Shown: positions 37,993 through 51,223, counted from the whole stretch's first letter. The stretch is DNA of 63,559 nt, filler included, from Octopus bimaculoides (GCF_001194135.2; 5 parts of 4 records of this genome joined end to end with filler, not necessarily neighbours in it), one strand, 5' to 3'. The notes: a model not told the origin generated them from the sequence alone. Translations and numbers: made by a program.

Positions 37993-38381
37993 AGAGAGAG
38001 AGAGTGAAGATGTGACAGACAGACAGGGAAAGAGAGTGAAAGAGAGTGAGATAAAGTGAGAAATGTTTCATTTTTACAACTAATATGACCGACAAAGGGA
38101 AACAAGAGGAAACTTCGAAGTTATTGTCACCCGTCATCTTGTGAAAGTATATTAAAAATGTAATCTGCAAAACGAATTAAGTGTTTCTTCAGTTCTATGT
38201 TAAATTGTTTTATAACTCAGCATTAGAACAAACATTATAGATGTTACATATATTTAGTAAACATAGATATAAATTACAATGTAAATACATACATACACAC
38301 ACACACATATACATACATATATGTATATGTATGTATATGTGTGTGTGTGTGTGTGTGTGTGCGTTCGTGCATGTATGGTTG

Positions 38382-38690
38382 AGGCGCAATGGCCTAGTAG
38401 TTAGAGCAGCGGACTCGCGGTCAGAGGATCGCGGTTTCGATTCCCAGACCGGGCGTTGTGTGTGTTTATTGAGCGAAAATACCCACAGCTCCACGACGGT
38501 CCGGCGGGGGGCGGGGGTGTAGCGGGGGGTGTACTCTTTCGCCCCAACTTTCTGTCACTCTTTCTTCCTGTTTCTTGAGTAACGCTGCGATGGACTGGCG
38601 TCTCGTCCAGCTGGGAGGGACACATACGCCATATAAACCGGAAAACGGGGCCTATGAGCCTGGCTAGGCTCTAAAAGGGCGCATAAATAG
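38382..38690 (+). mobile_element. SINE family D (tRNA head; 3' part resembles the V-SINE gcgatggactggcg..tccag motif)
   Basis: Box A TGGCCTAGTAGTT, box B GGTTTCGATTCCC, CpG-rich body, A-rich end. Confidence 0.75.
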
Positions 38691-39161
38691 AAAAAATAAT
38701 AAACGCTTGTATACGCTAATATTTACACACAGATTCTGTTTCTATATAAGTTAAACTACAATCAACTGCGCTTTTGTCTCATATACTATTCGATACGTTG
38801 AATTCAATACTATATATTTTGAGAAACAGTTTTGTCCTTTTTGTCAACTTCAATACAGAACTGTTATCTGCATTGTCAATCATGCGAGGAAGACAAGCGA
38901 AGTTGTGCTCTATAAATTTGTCAAATCGTTATCACACGAAGGGATGCAATTAAATAACAGTTATCTGAAGATCACAGCTCCAACTGATTTACAGTCATTA
39001 GGGCCTTAATAAGAGTTTCTCATTTAGGAACAACTCTTAAAATGTATTGAAAATGGAGTTAATTGATTATATCGATCGACGTATCTGACTGTTACTATAT
39101 TTCATTTGAAACAAAATGGAAAAGGTGATCTTGGAAGGAATTCATGTTAGAACATTAACAT

Positions 39162-39345
39162 AGGCGTAGGAGTGGCTGTGTGGTAAGTAGCTTGCTTACG
39201 AACCACATGGTTCCGGGTTCAGTCCCACTGCGTAGCACCTTGGGGAAGTGTCTTCTACTATAGCCTCGAGCCGACCAAAGCCTTGTGAGTAGATTTGGTA
39301 GACGGAAGCTCTGAAAGAAGCCCGTGGTATATGTGTATATATGTA

Positions 39346-39409
<64 letters not shown>

Positions 39410-39493
39410 TGTATATGTGTGTGTTTGCGTCTGTGTTTGTCTCCCCAGCATCGCTTGGCAACCGATACTGGTGTGTTTACGTCCCCGTAACTT
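39162..39493 (+). mobile_element. SINE family B (CORE-type) with internal (TA)/(TATG) expansion
   Basis: aggcgtaggagtggctgtgtggtaagtagcttgctt...ccttggggaagtgtcttctactatagcctcg. Confidence 0.9.
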
Positions 39494-40009
39494 CTTGAAT
39501 TCGAAAGTAAAGGCCGTGTGCTCGACCTGAGCATAACTTGAGATCATAACATTTTGACAAAAGAATTTGTGAAGCTCAGAAAAAATAAAGATTTTTGCAT
39601 TCAAATAGAAAACAAAATGTGGCATCTAACACCAGTTAGTTACAATACCAGTGATTACAGGAGAACTTGTAATTACCAAGAAGTGCAACCGATCCATCCA
39701 AGAAGTGCAAACGATAGTTTTAACTAATACGTCACACGTATTGAGAAGTGCATTATTTTTCTCCTCTTTTTTCTTTTATTGTTTGCTTTTTTCTTTGTCT
39801 TTTCATTCCTTTTACACTTATTCTTTTACTTTTCCATTTTTTCTTTTTGTTTTTCTTCTATCACATACCTTGACTTTCTAAATTGGTGATACGGTGTGTA
39901 TATTGTCATGACCTACTGATCTATAACAGTGAATTGCCTTGCACTAAGTGTCAGGAAGGCACTCAGCAACAAATGGGAACAAAATTAAAAGAAGCAAGAA
40001 CAAAATAAC

Positions 40010-40084
<75 letters not shown>

Positions 40085-40189
40085 AATAATAATAATGATA
40101 ATAATAATCAATACATTATTTACATTATTTACGTTTGACGGATATTCAATCGACCTTCTAATCGACAGCGGCTAAATATTGTTATCAAG

Positions 40190-40370
40190 AACCATGAAGA
40201 TGTTCAACGGATGTATCTTCAAAATGTATCTCGGAATACAAAAATTTGGAAACCGAGATAACACCAATCAGCCCTGAATCAGGAAATAATCCCTGTAATA
40301 ACATATGCTATACGCCTGATCGAAGATTGGACAGAAAAGTACACGTTCAAGACCTTGATAATTACGAATA
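40190..40370 (+). mobile_element. Possible decayed R4/Dong-like LINE fragment
   Basis: IWKPR...ALNQEIIPVITYAIRLIEDWTEK resembles the post-RT motif IW-S-L...N---IPVITY-F----W. Confidence 0.35.
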
Positions 40371-40673
40371 CGTATATAATGTGCAGAAAATAGTTGTTAG
40401 GTATTGCACTCATCCTATGTAGGGTACTTTCAATATTGTAAAAATAATAACGCTACAGCAATCAACAGCAAATAACCAGGGCCCACAGTTCTGCGCTGGC
40501 CAGTTCAGTGAAAGCTTGGAATAAAAAATAAAATCTACTGAATAATTATAATATTATTTTTAATGTTCATGTTTTTATTCGTTGTTATGACGACAACGTG
40601 TAATGCCAAAGGAGGTCATAACTCGAATAAATAAATTGATACAGAAATAAATAAATAAATATATATATATTTT

Positions 40674-40905
40674 AAGGCTGCGATCTGGCAGAAACGTTAG
40701 CACGCTGGGGGAAATGCTTAGTGGTATTTCATCTGTCTTTATGTTCTGAGTTCAAATTCCGTCGAGGTCGACTTTGCCTTTCATCCCCTCGGGGTCGATA
40801 AATTAAGTACCAGTTACGCATTGGGGTTGATGTAATCGACTTAATCTCTTCGTCTGTCCTTGTTTGTCCCCTCTACCTTTAGCCCCTTGTGGGCAATAAA
40901 GAAAT
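40674..40905 (+). mobile_element. SINE family A
   Basis: Full-length copy ending cccttgtgggcaataaagaaata. Confidence 0.9.
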
Positions 40906-41687
40906 AATTTATTAATTTATGTATATATTTATATTATCTTTGTTGAAAAACTTCGATGATGCAAATATGTTAATAGCTACCAGGGTAGCAAAGATCACAC
41001 AAAAACTTGGATATTATACCCGGCTAATGGGTAGAAATTCCATGTTAAAGTGATGTATTTTGTAATTTGTAGTTCTACAAATTACATTCAGTGTATCCTT
41101 TCAAAAGTCTTCAACCTGACGCGCTAAGTCCGGAAATAACTCTGCAGTTAATAAATGTTTGCAGCTAATTTACCGGTTTGAGAACATCATTATTTAAAAT
41201 TTATTAATAAATCTGGACTTAGCGCTCCAGATTGAAGACATTTGAATGGATACACTCAATGTAAATTGCAGAACTCTACACGTGCTCCCTTTCGGGTGGA
41301 CGTCTTGTGTCTAGTTCTGGAAATTATATTTTATAAATCGACAGACTACGCTGATGACCCTGCAGATATTTACTTATGCAGATTTTAACATGTTAAACTA
41401 TGGTACGTAGGTTTATCATTTTTTTTATTTAGTATTTTTTTCATTTGTCTTGCTCTTTTATATTCTGTTGTGTCGCTAAATTTTTACTGAGAACATATTT
41501 TTTCGTGATTAGATGATTTGGCATCTATTTCTAGCATATAGGAGTCCACTTTTGCTGGTCATTCGTCTTATTTTTGTGTATATATATNNNNNNNNNNNNN
41601 NNNNNNNNNNNNNNNNNNNNNNNNNNNNNNNTTAATTAATTAANNNNNNNNNNNNNNNNNNNNNNNNNNNNNNNNNNNNNNNNNNNN

Positions 41688-41890
41688 CGTGCTAACGATT
41701 CTACCAGGTCGCTGCACAAGGCCAGGAAATTCGGGGGAGAGGTTTTGTCGATTAAATCGAGCCCAGTGTTAAAGTGGTACTTATTTTATCGACCCCGAAA
41801 GGATAACAAAGCAAAGTCGATCCCGGCGGAATTTGAACTCAAAACGTGAAGATGGACGAAACGTCGCTAAGTAGTTTGCCCTGGTGTGCT
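41688..41890 (-). mobile_element. SINE family A pieces next to a gap
   Basis: atcgaccccgaaaggataac...aagtcga...ggcggaatttgaactc. Confidence 0.8.
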
Positions 41891-42582
41891 ATCGACCGCT
41901 TTACCAATGTTCATAACAACGATAGGAACCAACAAAAATACTCATTCTTCCGGTTCATGCATATAAAATTAGCAACAACTCCACCAACTGAAAAAACAAA
42001 ACAAAACAAACTCGGTAATAACAAAAACAAAAGCAATGAAATACAGCAAAACAAAAACTAACAAGAAAATAACGAAATCTATAAATAGGCAAACATAAAA
42101 CAACAGTAATACACATAACAACATCAACAACAGCAACGACAAAGAAACATAAAACAATGAGTGGTGAGTCGATCAGATTTGGTTAATTTGCAAGTTTGGA
42201 CTTTTTCAGGCGACGAATCTTTGAGATTTGTTGTTGGTAAAAGTTTAATATAAAACAAAAGCAGAAATGTTTACAACGAAAGACATCTTCCTCCGGGCTT
42301 CTCGTCTTGTTAGGCTTGGATAGAAAATTACTCTTCCTGTTTCTTTTAGAATCTTCTTTAGAATTATCTTTCTCTAGATTTTTCCATTCTCTCAATCGCT
42401 CTTTTTCTCTATCTCCCTCTTTATCTAACTATCGTTCTTCTTGCTCTTATATTCTTTCTTTCTCTCTCCCTCCCCCCCTCTCTCGCTGTATACATAATAT
42501 CGCTTCAAGTGCTTTTCTGCTACTTCTGTTTACAGTGCAATTTGAAAATGTTTCGTAAGAAACTTGGCTGAAATGATGATGT

Positions 42583-42841
42583 TGAACTATGTTAGACGAT
42601 GACGAAGATGACGACGACGACGACGACGACGACGGTGATGAGGATGATGAAAGAAGGTGATGATGATGATGATGAAGAGCAACAGGAGAAAGACGATGAA
42701 GGGGTGGCATTGGGATGAGAGGAATGATGATGATGATCATCGCCATCGTCATCATCATCGCTATCATCATCATCATCGTGATCATCATGACCATCATCAC
42801 CGTCATCATCACCGTCATCATCACCGTCATCATCACTGTCG

Positions 42842-42876
<35 letters not shown>

Positions 42877-42877
42877 G

Positions 42878-42915
<38 letters not shown>

Positions 42916-42978
42916 GTCATCATCATCATCATCATCTTCATCATCATCATCGTCATCATCTTCATCATCATCATCATC

Positions 42979-43030
<52 letters not shown>

Positions 43031-43031
43031 C
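42583..43031. repeat. (GAT/GAC)n followed by a long (CAT)n microsatellite running into a gap
   Basis: Direct reading; source of the poly-His, poly-Met and poly-Ile ORFs. Confidence 0.98.
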
Positions 43032-43499
43032 NNNNNNNNNNNNNNNNNNNNNNNNNNNNNNNNNNNNNNNNNNNNNNNNNNNNNNNNNNNNNNNNNNNNN
43101 NNNNNNNNNNNNNNNNNNNNNNNNNNNNNNNNNNNNNNNNNNNNNNNNNNNNNNNNNNNNNNNNNNNNNNNNNNNNNNNNNNNNNNNNNNNNNNNNNNNN
43201 NNNNNNNNNNNNNNNNNNNNNNNNNNNNNNNNNNNNNNNNNNNNNNNNNNNNNNNNNNNNNNNNNNNNNNNNNNNNNNNNNNNNNNNNNNNNNNNNNNNN
43301 NNNNNNNNNNNNNNNNNNNNNNNNNNNNNNNNNNNNNNNNNNNNNNNNNNNNNNNNNNNNNNNNNNNNNNNNNNNNNNNNNNNNNNNNNNNNNNNNNNNN
43401 NNNNNNNNNNNNNNNNNNNNNNNNNNNNNNNNNNNNNNGTATCGTCTAACCGTCCGGATGTTTTGTCGTTGCCTGTTACATTCTTGTTCCATTTTTTTC

Positions 43500-43757
43500 T
43501 AAGCCCTGTAGTGGCGAACCCTGCTGTACTCTTTCACTACAACTTTCTCTCACTCTTACTTCCTGTTTCTGTTGTACCTGTAATTCAAAGGGGCCAGCCT
43601 TGTCACATTCTCTGTCACGCTGAATCTTCCCCGAGAACTACATTAAGGGTAACACGTGTCTGTGGAGTGCTCAGCCACTTGCACGTTAATTTCACGAGCA
43701 GGCTGTTCCGTTGATCGGATCAACTGGAACCCTCGTCGTCGTAACCGACGGAGTGCC
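43500..43757 (+). mobile_element. SINE fragment combining a family D internal module with the family C 3' half
   Basis: 43525-43570 matches 38530-38575; 43570-43757 matches family C. Confidence 0.7.
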
Positions 43758-44159
43758 ACGATGTACATGTGTGTGTGTATACACTAATGTGTATAAGCGT
43801 ACATTCTTGAATAAACTGAAGAAGTATCTTACTATAAAATGTATAAAAAGAGCTCAGCGAACCTAATGTATAATAAAAAGAGATGATGTATAATAAAAAG
43901 AGATGATGTATATAAAATGTATATAATATCTTAAGTAAGCGGAATAAAGTGGATATCTATGAAATTTTACGCAATAAAATAAGATACATATTTCCAAGCA
44001 CACACTAACATGCACACATACACACAGACACGCACACACATATGCAAACATACATACATGCATGCATGAATACATGCATACATACATGTCTTTATACATA
44101 TCTCTTTCTGTCTCTCTCTCTCTCCTTCTTCTCCCTCTCTCTCTATTTATATATTATAT

Positions 44160-44190
<31 letters not shown>

Positions 44191-44335
44191 TGTGTTTCAG
44201 CCAAGTGGCTGCGGTCATGCTGGTGCACTATTGCCATGTGTGTATCTTGATTTGTGTAAACTTCATTCTGTTTACAATACATGCACACATACACACACAC
44301 ACACACACACATACACACATACACACACACACATA

Positions 44336-44370
<35 letters not shown>

Positions 44371-45699
44371 NNNNNNNNNNNNNNNNNNNNNNNNNNNNNN
44401 NNNNNNNNNNNNNNNNNNNNNNNNNNNNNNNNNNNNNNNNNNNNNNNNNNNNNNNNNNNNNNNNNNNNNNNNNNNNNNNNNNNNNNNNNNNNNNNNNNNN
44501 NNNNNNNNNNNNNNNNNNNNNNNNNNNNNNNNNNNNNNNNNNNNNNNNNNNNNNNNNNNNNNNNNNNNNNNNNNNNNNNNNNNNNNNNNNNNNNNNNNNN
44601 NNNNNNNNNNNNNNNNNNNNNNNNNNNNNNNNNNNNNNNNNNNNNNNNNNNNNNNNNNNNNNNNNNNNNNNNNNNNNNNNNNNNNNNNNNNNNNNNNNNN
44701 NNNNNNNNNNNNNNNNNNNNNNNNNNNNNNNNNNNNNNNNNNNNNNNNNNNNNNNNNNNNNNNNNNNNNNNNNNNNNNNNNNNNNNNNNNNNNNNNNNNN
44801 NNNNNNNNNNNNNNNNNNNNNNNNNNNNNNNNNNNNNNNNNNNNNNNNNNNNNNNNNNNNNNNNNNNNNNNNNNNNNNNNNNNNNNNNNNNNNNNNNNNN
44901 NNNNNNNNNNNNNNNNNNNNNNNNNNNNNNNNNNNNNNNNNNNNNNNNNNNNNNNNNNNNNNNNNNNNNNNNNNNNNNNNNNNNNNNNNNNNNNNNNNNN
45001 NNNNNNNNNNNNNNNNNNNNNNNNNNNNNNNNNNNNNNNNNNNNNNNNNNNNNNNNNNNNNNNNNNNNNNNNNNNNNNNNNNNNNNNNNNNNNNNNNNNN
45101 NNNNNNNNNNNNNNNNNNNNNNNNNNNNNNNNNNNNNNNNNNNNNNNNNNNNNNNNNNNNNNNNNNNNNNNNNNNNNNNNNNNNNNNNNNNNNNNNNNNN
45201 NNNNNNNNNNNNNNNNNNNNNNNNNNNNNNNNNNNNNNNNNNNNNNNNNNNNATATATATATATATATAACATACATATATGCACATACATATATGTATA
45301 TACATACATTGATATATATATATATGTATATATATCCATATATACACAGGCGTATATATTTACATATATACATATCTCCTTAAATTGAATTTACTGAATC
45401 ATTTGAGAAGAGTTATTCTGTGTATATTTAAAGAATGTCCTCAGATGTACCTCAATTAAAAGTTTACAGAACTAAAACTTATAGTTGCGTTAACGATGAC
45501 ATTACGTAATCCTCATTTCTTTTCCTTCCTTCCACGATTCAAGAAAGCCCTGTCTTTTACGTGTAGTATTCACACACACACACACACAAACACATACACA
45601 CAGAGAGAGAGAAATAATTGTACATATCTGTCTCTTTCTCTCTCTCACTCTCTTCCTGTATCTATAAATCTATCTATCTGCCTCTCTCTGCCTTCCTGT

Positions 45700-45840
<141 letters not shown>

Positions 45841-46669
45841 CGATATCTGTTTGTCAGTCTGTCCGTTCGTCTCCACTCATATCACTTCATACTTATAATA
45901 TTGTACATCATCACTTTTCTGAGTTTCATGCCTCTGTTCTTTCGTTCAAACGAAACTCTTTTCCTCGAATTTTCTGACTTTGAAACTCGAACTCACTTCC
46001 GTCTCATTGTTTCCCCTCTTCTTATGACCCGAACTCTTTCAAGTCAAAAGTAAATTCATTCCTTTCGTCCTAATTTCTCCTTCTTCATAGTCCCTTACAT
46101 TAAACGGCTTCTCGCCCTACTTGGGACTTTCTAAAAACAAAAACAAATACAAACAAAAGGAACGAAATGTAATGACGGACATAATCCCTAACGTCTGCTT
46201 TTATTAGTCCCGGGTCAATCCTTGTTACGTAAGATCTATGACCAACAAGCATTATTGTTTGGATAAGCCCTATCTTTTTCTCCCTGTTTATTCCTTCAAA
46301 ATGATAGTACGTGATTTAGGCATGATTTGGCTGCTATTTCAAGCTTATCAATCAACCGCGTAGTAGCCCTTACATCCGAAAATTTGATGGCCACCTTGGA
46401 ACGAATATCTATGTTTATATATTTCTTCGCTCGTAAAATGACTGACAAGCCAGTATGTATGTACACATGTATGTATGTATGTATGTATGTATGTATGTAT
46501 GTATGTATGTATGTATGTATGTATGTATGTATGTCTATGCATATATACATACATACACTCACGTACATGCATACACACGCATACAGAAACACACCATCTC
46601 GCACGCGCTCACTCACACACATAGACAGACACACCTTAGCGCAGTGAAGTATTAGCGAAACATTACGTG

Positions 46670-46803
46670 ATATTTCGAGTTCAACACCCCTATGTCTGGA
46701 GAAAATTGATGATGGCATATTTTGCACATATATGAGCGAAAAATACCAGCTCGGCACCATTCTCCATTTTTTTCCTGACAAAGGGGCATTAACCTCGAAA
46801 TAT
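46670..46803. mobile_element. Decayed 134-bp MITE-like palindrome
   Basis: atatttcgagttcaacacccctatgtctggagaaaa versus reverse complement of the right end atatttcgaggttaatgcccctttgtcaggaaaaaa. Confidence 0.55.
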
Positions 46804-47103
46804 TGAGATATAATGTGACGTGTAAACCACTGTTTTGTCTACTTTCTTTCTTTAACTTTGTTTCAAATTTGCCTTGCATTTGTTTTGAAACAATATTTCA
46901 CTCTCTTTCTCTTTCTCTCTCCCTCTCTCCCCTTTTCTCTCTCTCTCTCTCCATTTGTCTCTCACACACACATATACATATGTAAATATATATGTGTATG
47001 CATGTATGGGTACATGGATATATGCAAATATGTATGTTTGCTTGCATATATACATACATATATATATATTATATATATATATATACATATATACATATAT
47101 ACA

Positions 47104-47191
<88 letters not shown>

Positions 47192-47599
47192 CATACATAT
47201 ATACATGCATACACACACACACACACATATATATATATGCACATACATACATGCATACATATATATATATATACATGCATGCATGCATACATACATATAA
47301 ACACACACACAAAATGGGAGAAAATATACTAAAGGGTCTCAAAAACACTCATACACACTATATATATGTGTGTGTGTATGTATGTATGTGTGTGTATGTA
47401 TGTATGTATGTATGTGTGTGTGTGTGCGTGTTATGTATGTTATGCATTTGCAACATGTGTTTTCGACTAGGGTCAATAACCTCTGTTCAATGCGTTTAGC
47501 TCGCTGTTTTTAAGTCCTACAGTTCTTGGGGTGGCAATGTCCGTTTTGATGATATCTCTATTTTTGATATTTCATTTTTTAAAATTTCTATGCTTCGTA

Positions 47600-47790
47600 T
47601 CTAGGATTACAAACGTAGATTTTGCCGATGAATCAAAAATATTTGATGCCCCAAGAAGCGCTGTCCTTTCACTGAATGAGGAAGCCGAACCAACTGGCCT
47701 TGCAGCCTCTTGGGTCAAGACAAAGATCCAGTCCTTCGATGGCTTCTTGGAAGACTCCACCTCGTCCGTTTCAGTTGTGGACTAGAATGT
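47600..47790 (+). mobile_element. RTE-clade LINE reverse-transcriptase core fragment
   Basis: ITNVDFADESKIF...LNEEAEPTGLAASWVKTKIQSF resembles DLDFADD...EEA-PLGL-VSW-KTKIQ. Confidence 0.7.
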
Positions 47791-47894
47791 CTATCAAATA
47801 CTTTTAGCGGAAGATATGTAAACCATACCTACAAGAGATATTGAAAAAGTATTGCAGAAACAGAAAGTACCAATTCTATTCTCTGATGGATAAT

Positions 47895-48112
47895 TGGTTT
47901 CAAATTTTGGCCCAAGGCTAGCAATTTCTAGCAGAGGGGATGAAGTCGATTACATCGACTCTACCGTTCGACTGGTACCTTTTAAATTAATTTCGAAACG
48001 ATAAAAGGCAAAGTCGACTTCGGTGGAATTTGAACTCAGAACGTAAAGACGGGCAAAATACCGCTGAGCATTTTGCCTAGCGTGTTAACGATTCTGCCAG
48101 CTCGCCGCCTTT
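47895..48112 (-). mobile_element. SINE family A
   Basis: Full reverse copy ending gccagctcgccgcctt. Confidence 0.9.
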
Positions 48113-48223
48113 GTCTGGTGGATAATTAACATCATTACAGGAATGATCATGCAATTTAATTCCGCAGTCAAAGAGCTAAATAAAATATTGATATACTGCA
48201 TCACAGTAATATAAACGTTTCAA

Positions 48224-48268
48224 GCATGGAAACCTTGTTTCGGTCCTAGATACCTCATCAGATGTGCG
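48224..48268 (-). ncRNA. Decayed hammerhead-like motif
   Basis: Minus strand cgcacat CTGATGA GGTA-TCTAG-GACC GAAAC aagGT. Canonical core and stem II (one mismatch); stem I pairing is weak. Confidence 0.3.
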
Positions 48269-48523
48269 AGTAAGACAAATTTCGTTATGAATGACCGATA
48301 TAATATAATGGACAGGCACTGAGGTCTGATTAAGAATCACCTGGAATGGACTAAGATATTAAAACGAAGGATTTAAAAATAAATCTAATTAAAATGTGTC
48401 TATCGGAGATGCTCAACATAGGAAGAAAAACTTATAAACCTTATCAATGAGCCCTAAAGCACACTCGAACTAAACAGGGTATTTATTAATTCATACAATT
48501 AATACTCATCAGCGTATGACTCA

Positions 48524-48589
<66 letters not shown>

Positions 48590-49143
48590 NNNNNNNNNNN
48601 NNNNNNNNNNNNNNNNNNNNNNNNNNNNNNNNNNNNNNNNNNNNNNNNNNNNNNNNNNNNNNNNNNNNNNNNNNNNNNNNNNNNNNNNNNNNNNNNNNNN
48701 NNNNNNNNNNNNNNNNNNNNNNNNNNNNNNNNNNNNNNNNNNNNNNNNNNNNNNNNNNNNNNNNNNNNNNNNNNNNNNNNNNNNNNNNNNNNNNNNNNNN
48801 NNNNNNNNNNNNNNNNNNNNNNNNNNNNNNNNNNNNNNNNNNNNNNNNNNNNNNNNNNNNNNNNNNNNNNNNNNNNNNNNNNNNNNNNNNNNNNNNNNNN
48901 NNNNNNNNNNNNNNNNNNNNNNNNNNNNNNNNNNNNNNNNNNNNNNNNNNNNNNNNNNNNNNNNNNNNNNNNNNNNNNNNNNNNNNNNNNNNNNNNNNNN
49001 NNNNNNNNNNNNNNNNNNNNNNNNNNNNNNNNNNNNNNNNNNNNNNNNNNNNNNNNNNNNNNNNNNNNNNNNNNNNNNNNNNNNNNNNNNNNNNNNNNNN
49101 NNNNNNNNNNNNNNNNNNNNNNNNNNNNNNNNNNNNNNNNNNN

Positions 49144-49332
49144 TTCGTGCAGGTGACACGTAAAAGCACCCACTACACTCTCTGAGTGGTTGGCGTTAGG
49201 AAGGGCATCCAGCTGTAGAAACTCTGCCAAATCAGACTGGAGCCTGGTGTTGCCATCCGGTTTCACCAGTCCTCAGTCAAATCGTCCAACCCATGCTAGC
49301 ATGGAAAGCGGACGTTAAACGATGATGATGAT
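49144..49332 (+). mobile_element. SINE family E with RTE-type 3' tail
   Basis: ggcgttaggaagggcatccagctgtagaaac...ccaacccatgctagcatggaaagcggacgttaaacgatgatgat; related pieces at about 62505-62817 (+) and 62980-63060 (-). Confidence 0.75.
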
Positions 49333-49873
49333 ATATATATATATATATTGAAAGATGTTAAAAAACCTAAGAGAATTGAACCTTGTGTTTGCTGTAAGTC
49401 GCATGAGCAGTGCTATTATATATAGCGCTCACTCAGCCACACATCTATGTAATGTATATGTATAAACATACGTGTGTATGTGTGTATGTATCTCTGTGTG
49501 TGTGTTTGTTTGTATGAGTATGTGTGTTTGTGTGTGTTTGCTTGTCTTTAGCTGTATGTAAACATACATATTTTAGGATACGTATACGTAGCTTATAATG
49601 TTTAAATATATGCGTTAAACGGCCAAGAAGCTTTATACATTTAAATGAAATGCCATACAGCACACGAAATACGGCAGTGAATATCTATTTCTGAAGATGG
49701 CGTATAAATGTCTTCTTTGTTTAGTAAGTAAGATAAACACTGAACCAGACAGGGAATTAATGAGAAAATATTACCAGTTTCAAGTACTAAGCTTTCAGCG
49801 AACTCAGACGCAAACCGCATAGTGAACTAACTTTCCACGACTACTTGCAAGTCATCGTTGTCATGGTGGTCGG

Positions 49874-49918
<45 letters not shown>

Positions 49919-49924
<6 letters not shown>

Positions 49925-50150
49925 TACCACCACCTCTGCCAGAATCACCACCACCACCGCTACCACCGCCGCCTCTACCACCACCAGTACTATCCTCCTC
50001 CTCCTACTTCTCCTCTTCATCATCATCATCATCATCATTATCATCATTACCACCACCTCTGCCAGAATCACCACCACCACCGCTACCACCGCCGCCGCCG
50101 CCTCCACCACCACCACCAGTACTATCCTCCTACTTCTCCTCTTCATCATC
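49919..50150. repeat. Tandem duplication of a ~120-bp compound triplet repeat
   Basis: atcattaccaccacctctgccagaatcaccaccaccaccgctaccaccgccg...accagtactatcctcc...tacttctcctcttcatcatc occurs twice. Confidence 0.9.
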
Positions 50151-50799
50151 AACGTCGTCGTTATCATTATTCTCATCATCATCATCATCATCACTGATGA
50201 CAGCGTGTTCATCATCATCATCATCATCATCAACACTATCCTCCTTCTCCTCCTCCTCCTCGTCGTCGACGACGTCGTCGTTGTCGTCATTATTAACGTG
50301 ATCGATTTCGTCATCATCATCAGCGCCATCATAATCTTCATCATCGTCAAGACCACCACCACCACCACCACCACCATGATCGCGAACCGGATACCTTAAC
50401 CACTAAACCACGTCTCATAGCTGGCCGCCCACACTTTTTTCAGCAAAATAGGGGTAGTTTATCCTGTCCAGGCTATATTATTAGCATTATCCTGCGTTTG
50501 AGAATTTAAAATCACTTCTTTAACTTTCTAAAAGACATCTCAACGCTTCTAAAGCAAACTTCGTTTGTTTGTTTACGTTTATCGTAATTTGAATTTNNNN
50601 NNNNNNNNNNNNNNNNNNNNNNNNNNNNNNNNNNNNNNNNTTAATTAATTAANNNNNNNNNNNNNNNNNNNNNNNNNNNNNNNNNNNNNNNNNNNNCATA
50701 TATCAGCAGGCAACTACCATATACATCTATTGACTGCCAACCATGCACCTATACTCCACCTCCACCATACATTTATCCATTATTCAACACACATATGAA

Positions 50800-50915
50800 T
50801 GCTAAAATCTCAAAGATAGGATGTAAGGCATTCAATTCAGTAAAGCATATGCTGAAAGCAAAATTAAATGATACCATACGTGCCAGACTATTTAAAAGCA
50901 CCGTCCAACCTGCAC
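50800..50915 (+). mobile_element. RTE-clade LINE fragment
   Basis: IGCKAFNSVKHMLKAKLNDTIRARLFKSTVQPA; homologous to 21290-21425. Confidence 0.6.
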
Positions 50916-51094
50916 ATATACATACATATATATATACACGCATATTCAAAGAAAGAGAAAGAGAAAGTAAGTGAGAGAGAATGAGAGAGAGAGAAAGAAA
51001 GGTATCAAATAGACGAAAAACTGAAGACGTTACATAACTGTATTGACGGTTTGATGTTTTCGAACGGTTAGAGGAACTATTTCATCACTATATA

Positions 51095-51223
51095 CAGGGT
51101 GTCCACAAAGTCTGGGTACATGGGGATTAACACATACTTTAAGAAGTTATTATTTCTTACATTTAATTGTTTTTATGTTATGATTTTATTTACTCCATGT
51201 ACCCAGTCTTTGTGGACACCCTG
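51095..51223. mobile_element. Tc1/mariner-type MITE, 129 bp
   Basis: 29-bp TIRs CAGGGTGTCCACAAAG(T/A)CTGGGTACATGG with one mismatch; TA duplication at 51093-51094 and 51224-51225. Confidence 0.9.

Noticed and set aside
38382-38455. tRNA gene
   Set aside because: Boxes A and B are present, but there is no proper acceptor stem and the sequence continues into a SINE body. The same applies to the heads at 6989, 39162, 54462 and 60525.
42657-43502. 281-aa His-rich protein ORF
   Set aside because: It is a translation of a (CAT)n microsatellite plus an N gap, with no splice or domain evidence.
44042-45388. Long ORFs (also 9815-10231, 12036-12403, 20689-21531, 48486-49266, 51849-52392, 53503-54690, 61973-62555)
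   Set aside because: They are mostly X from N gaps and dinucleotide repeats.
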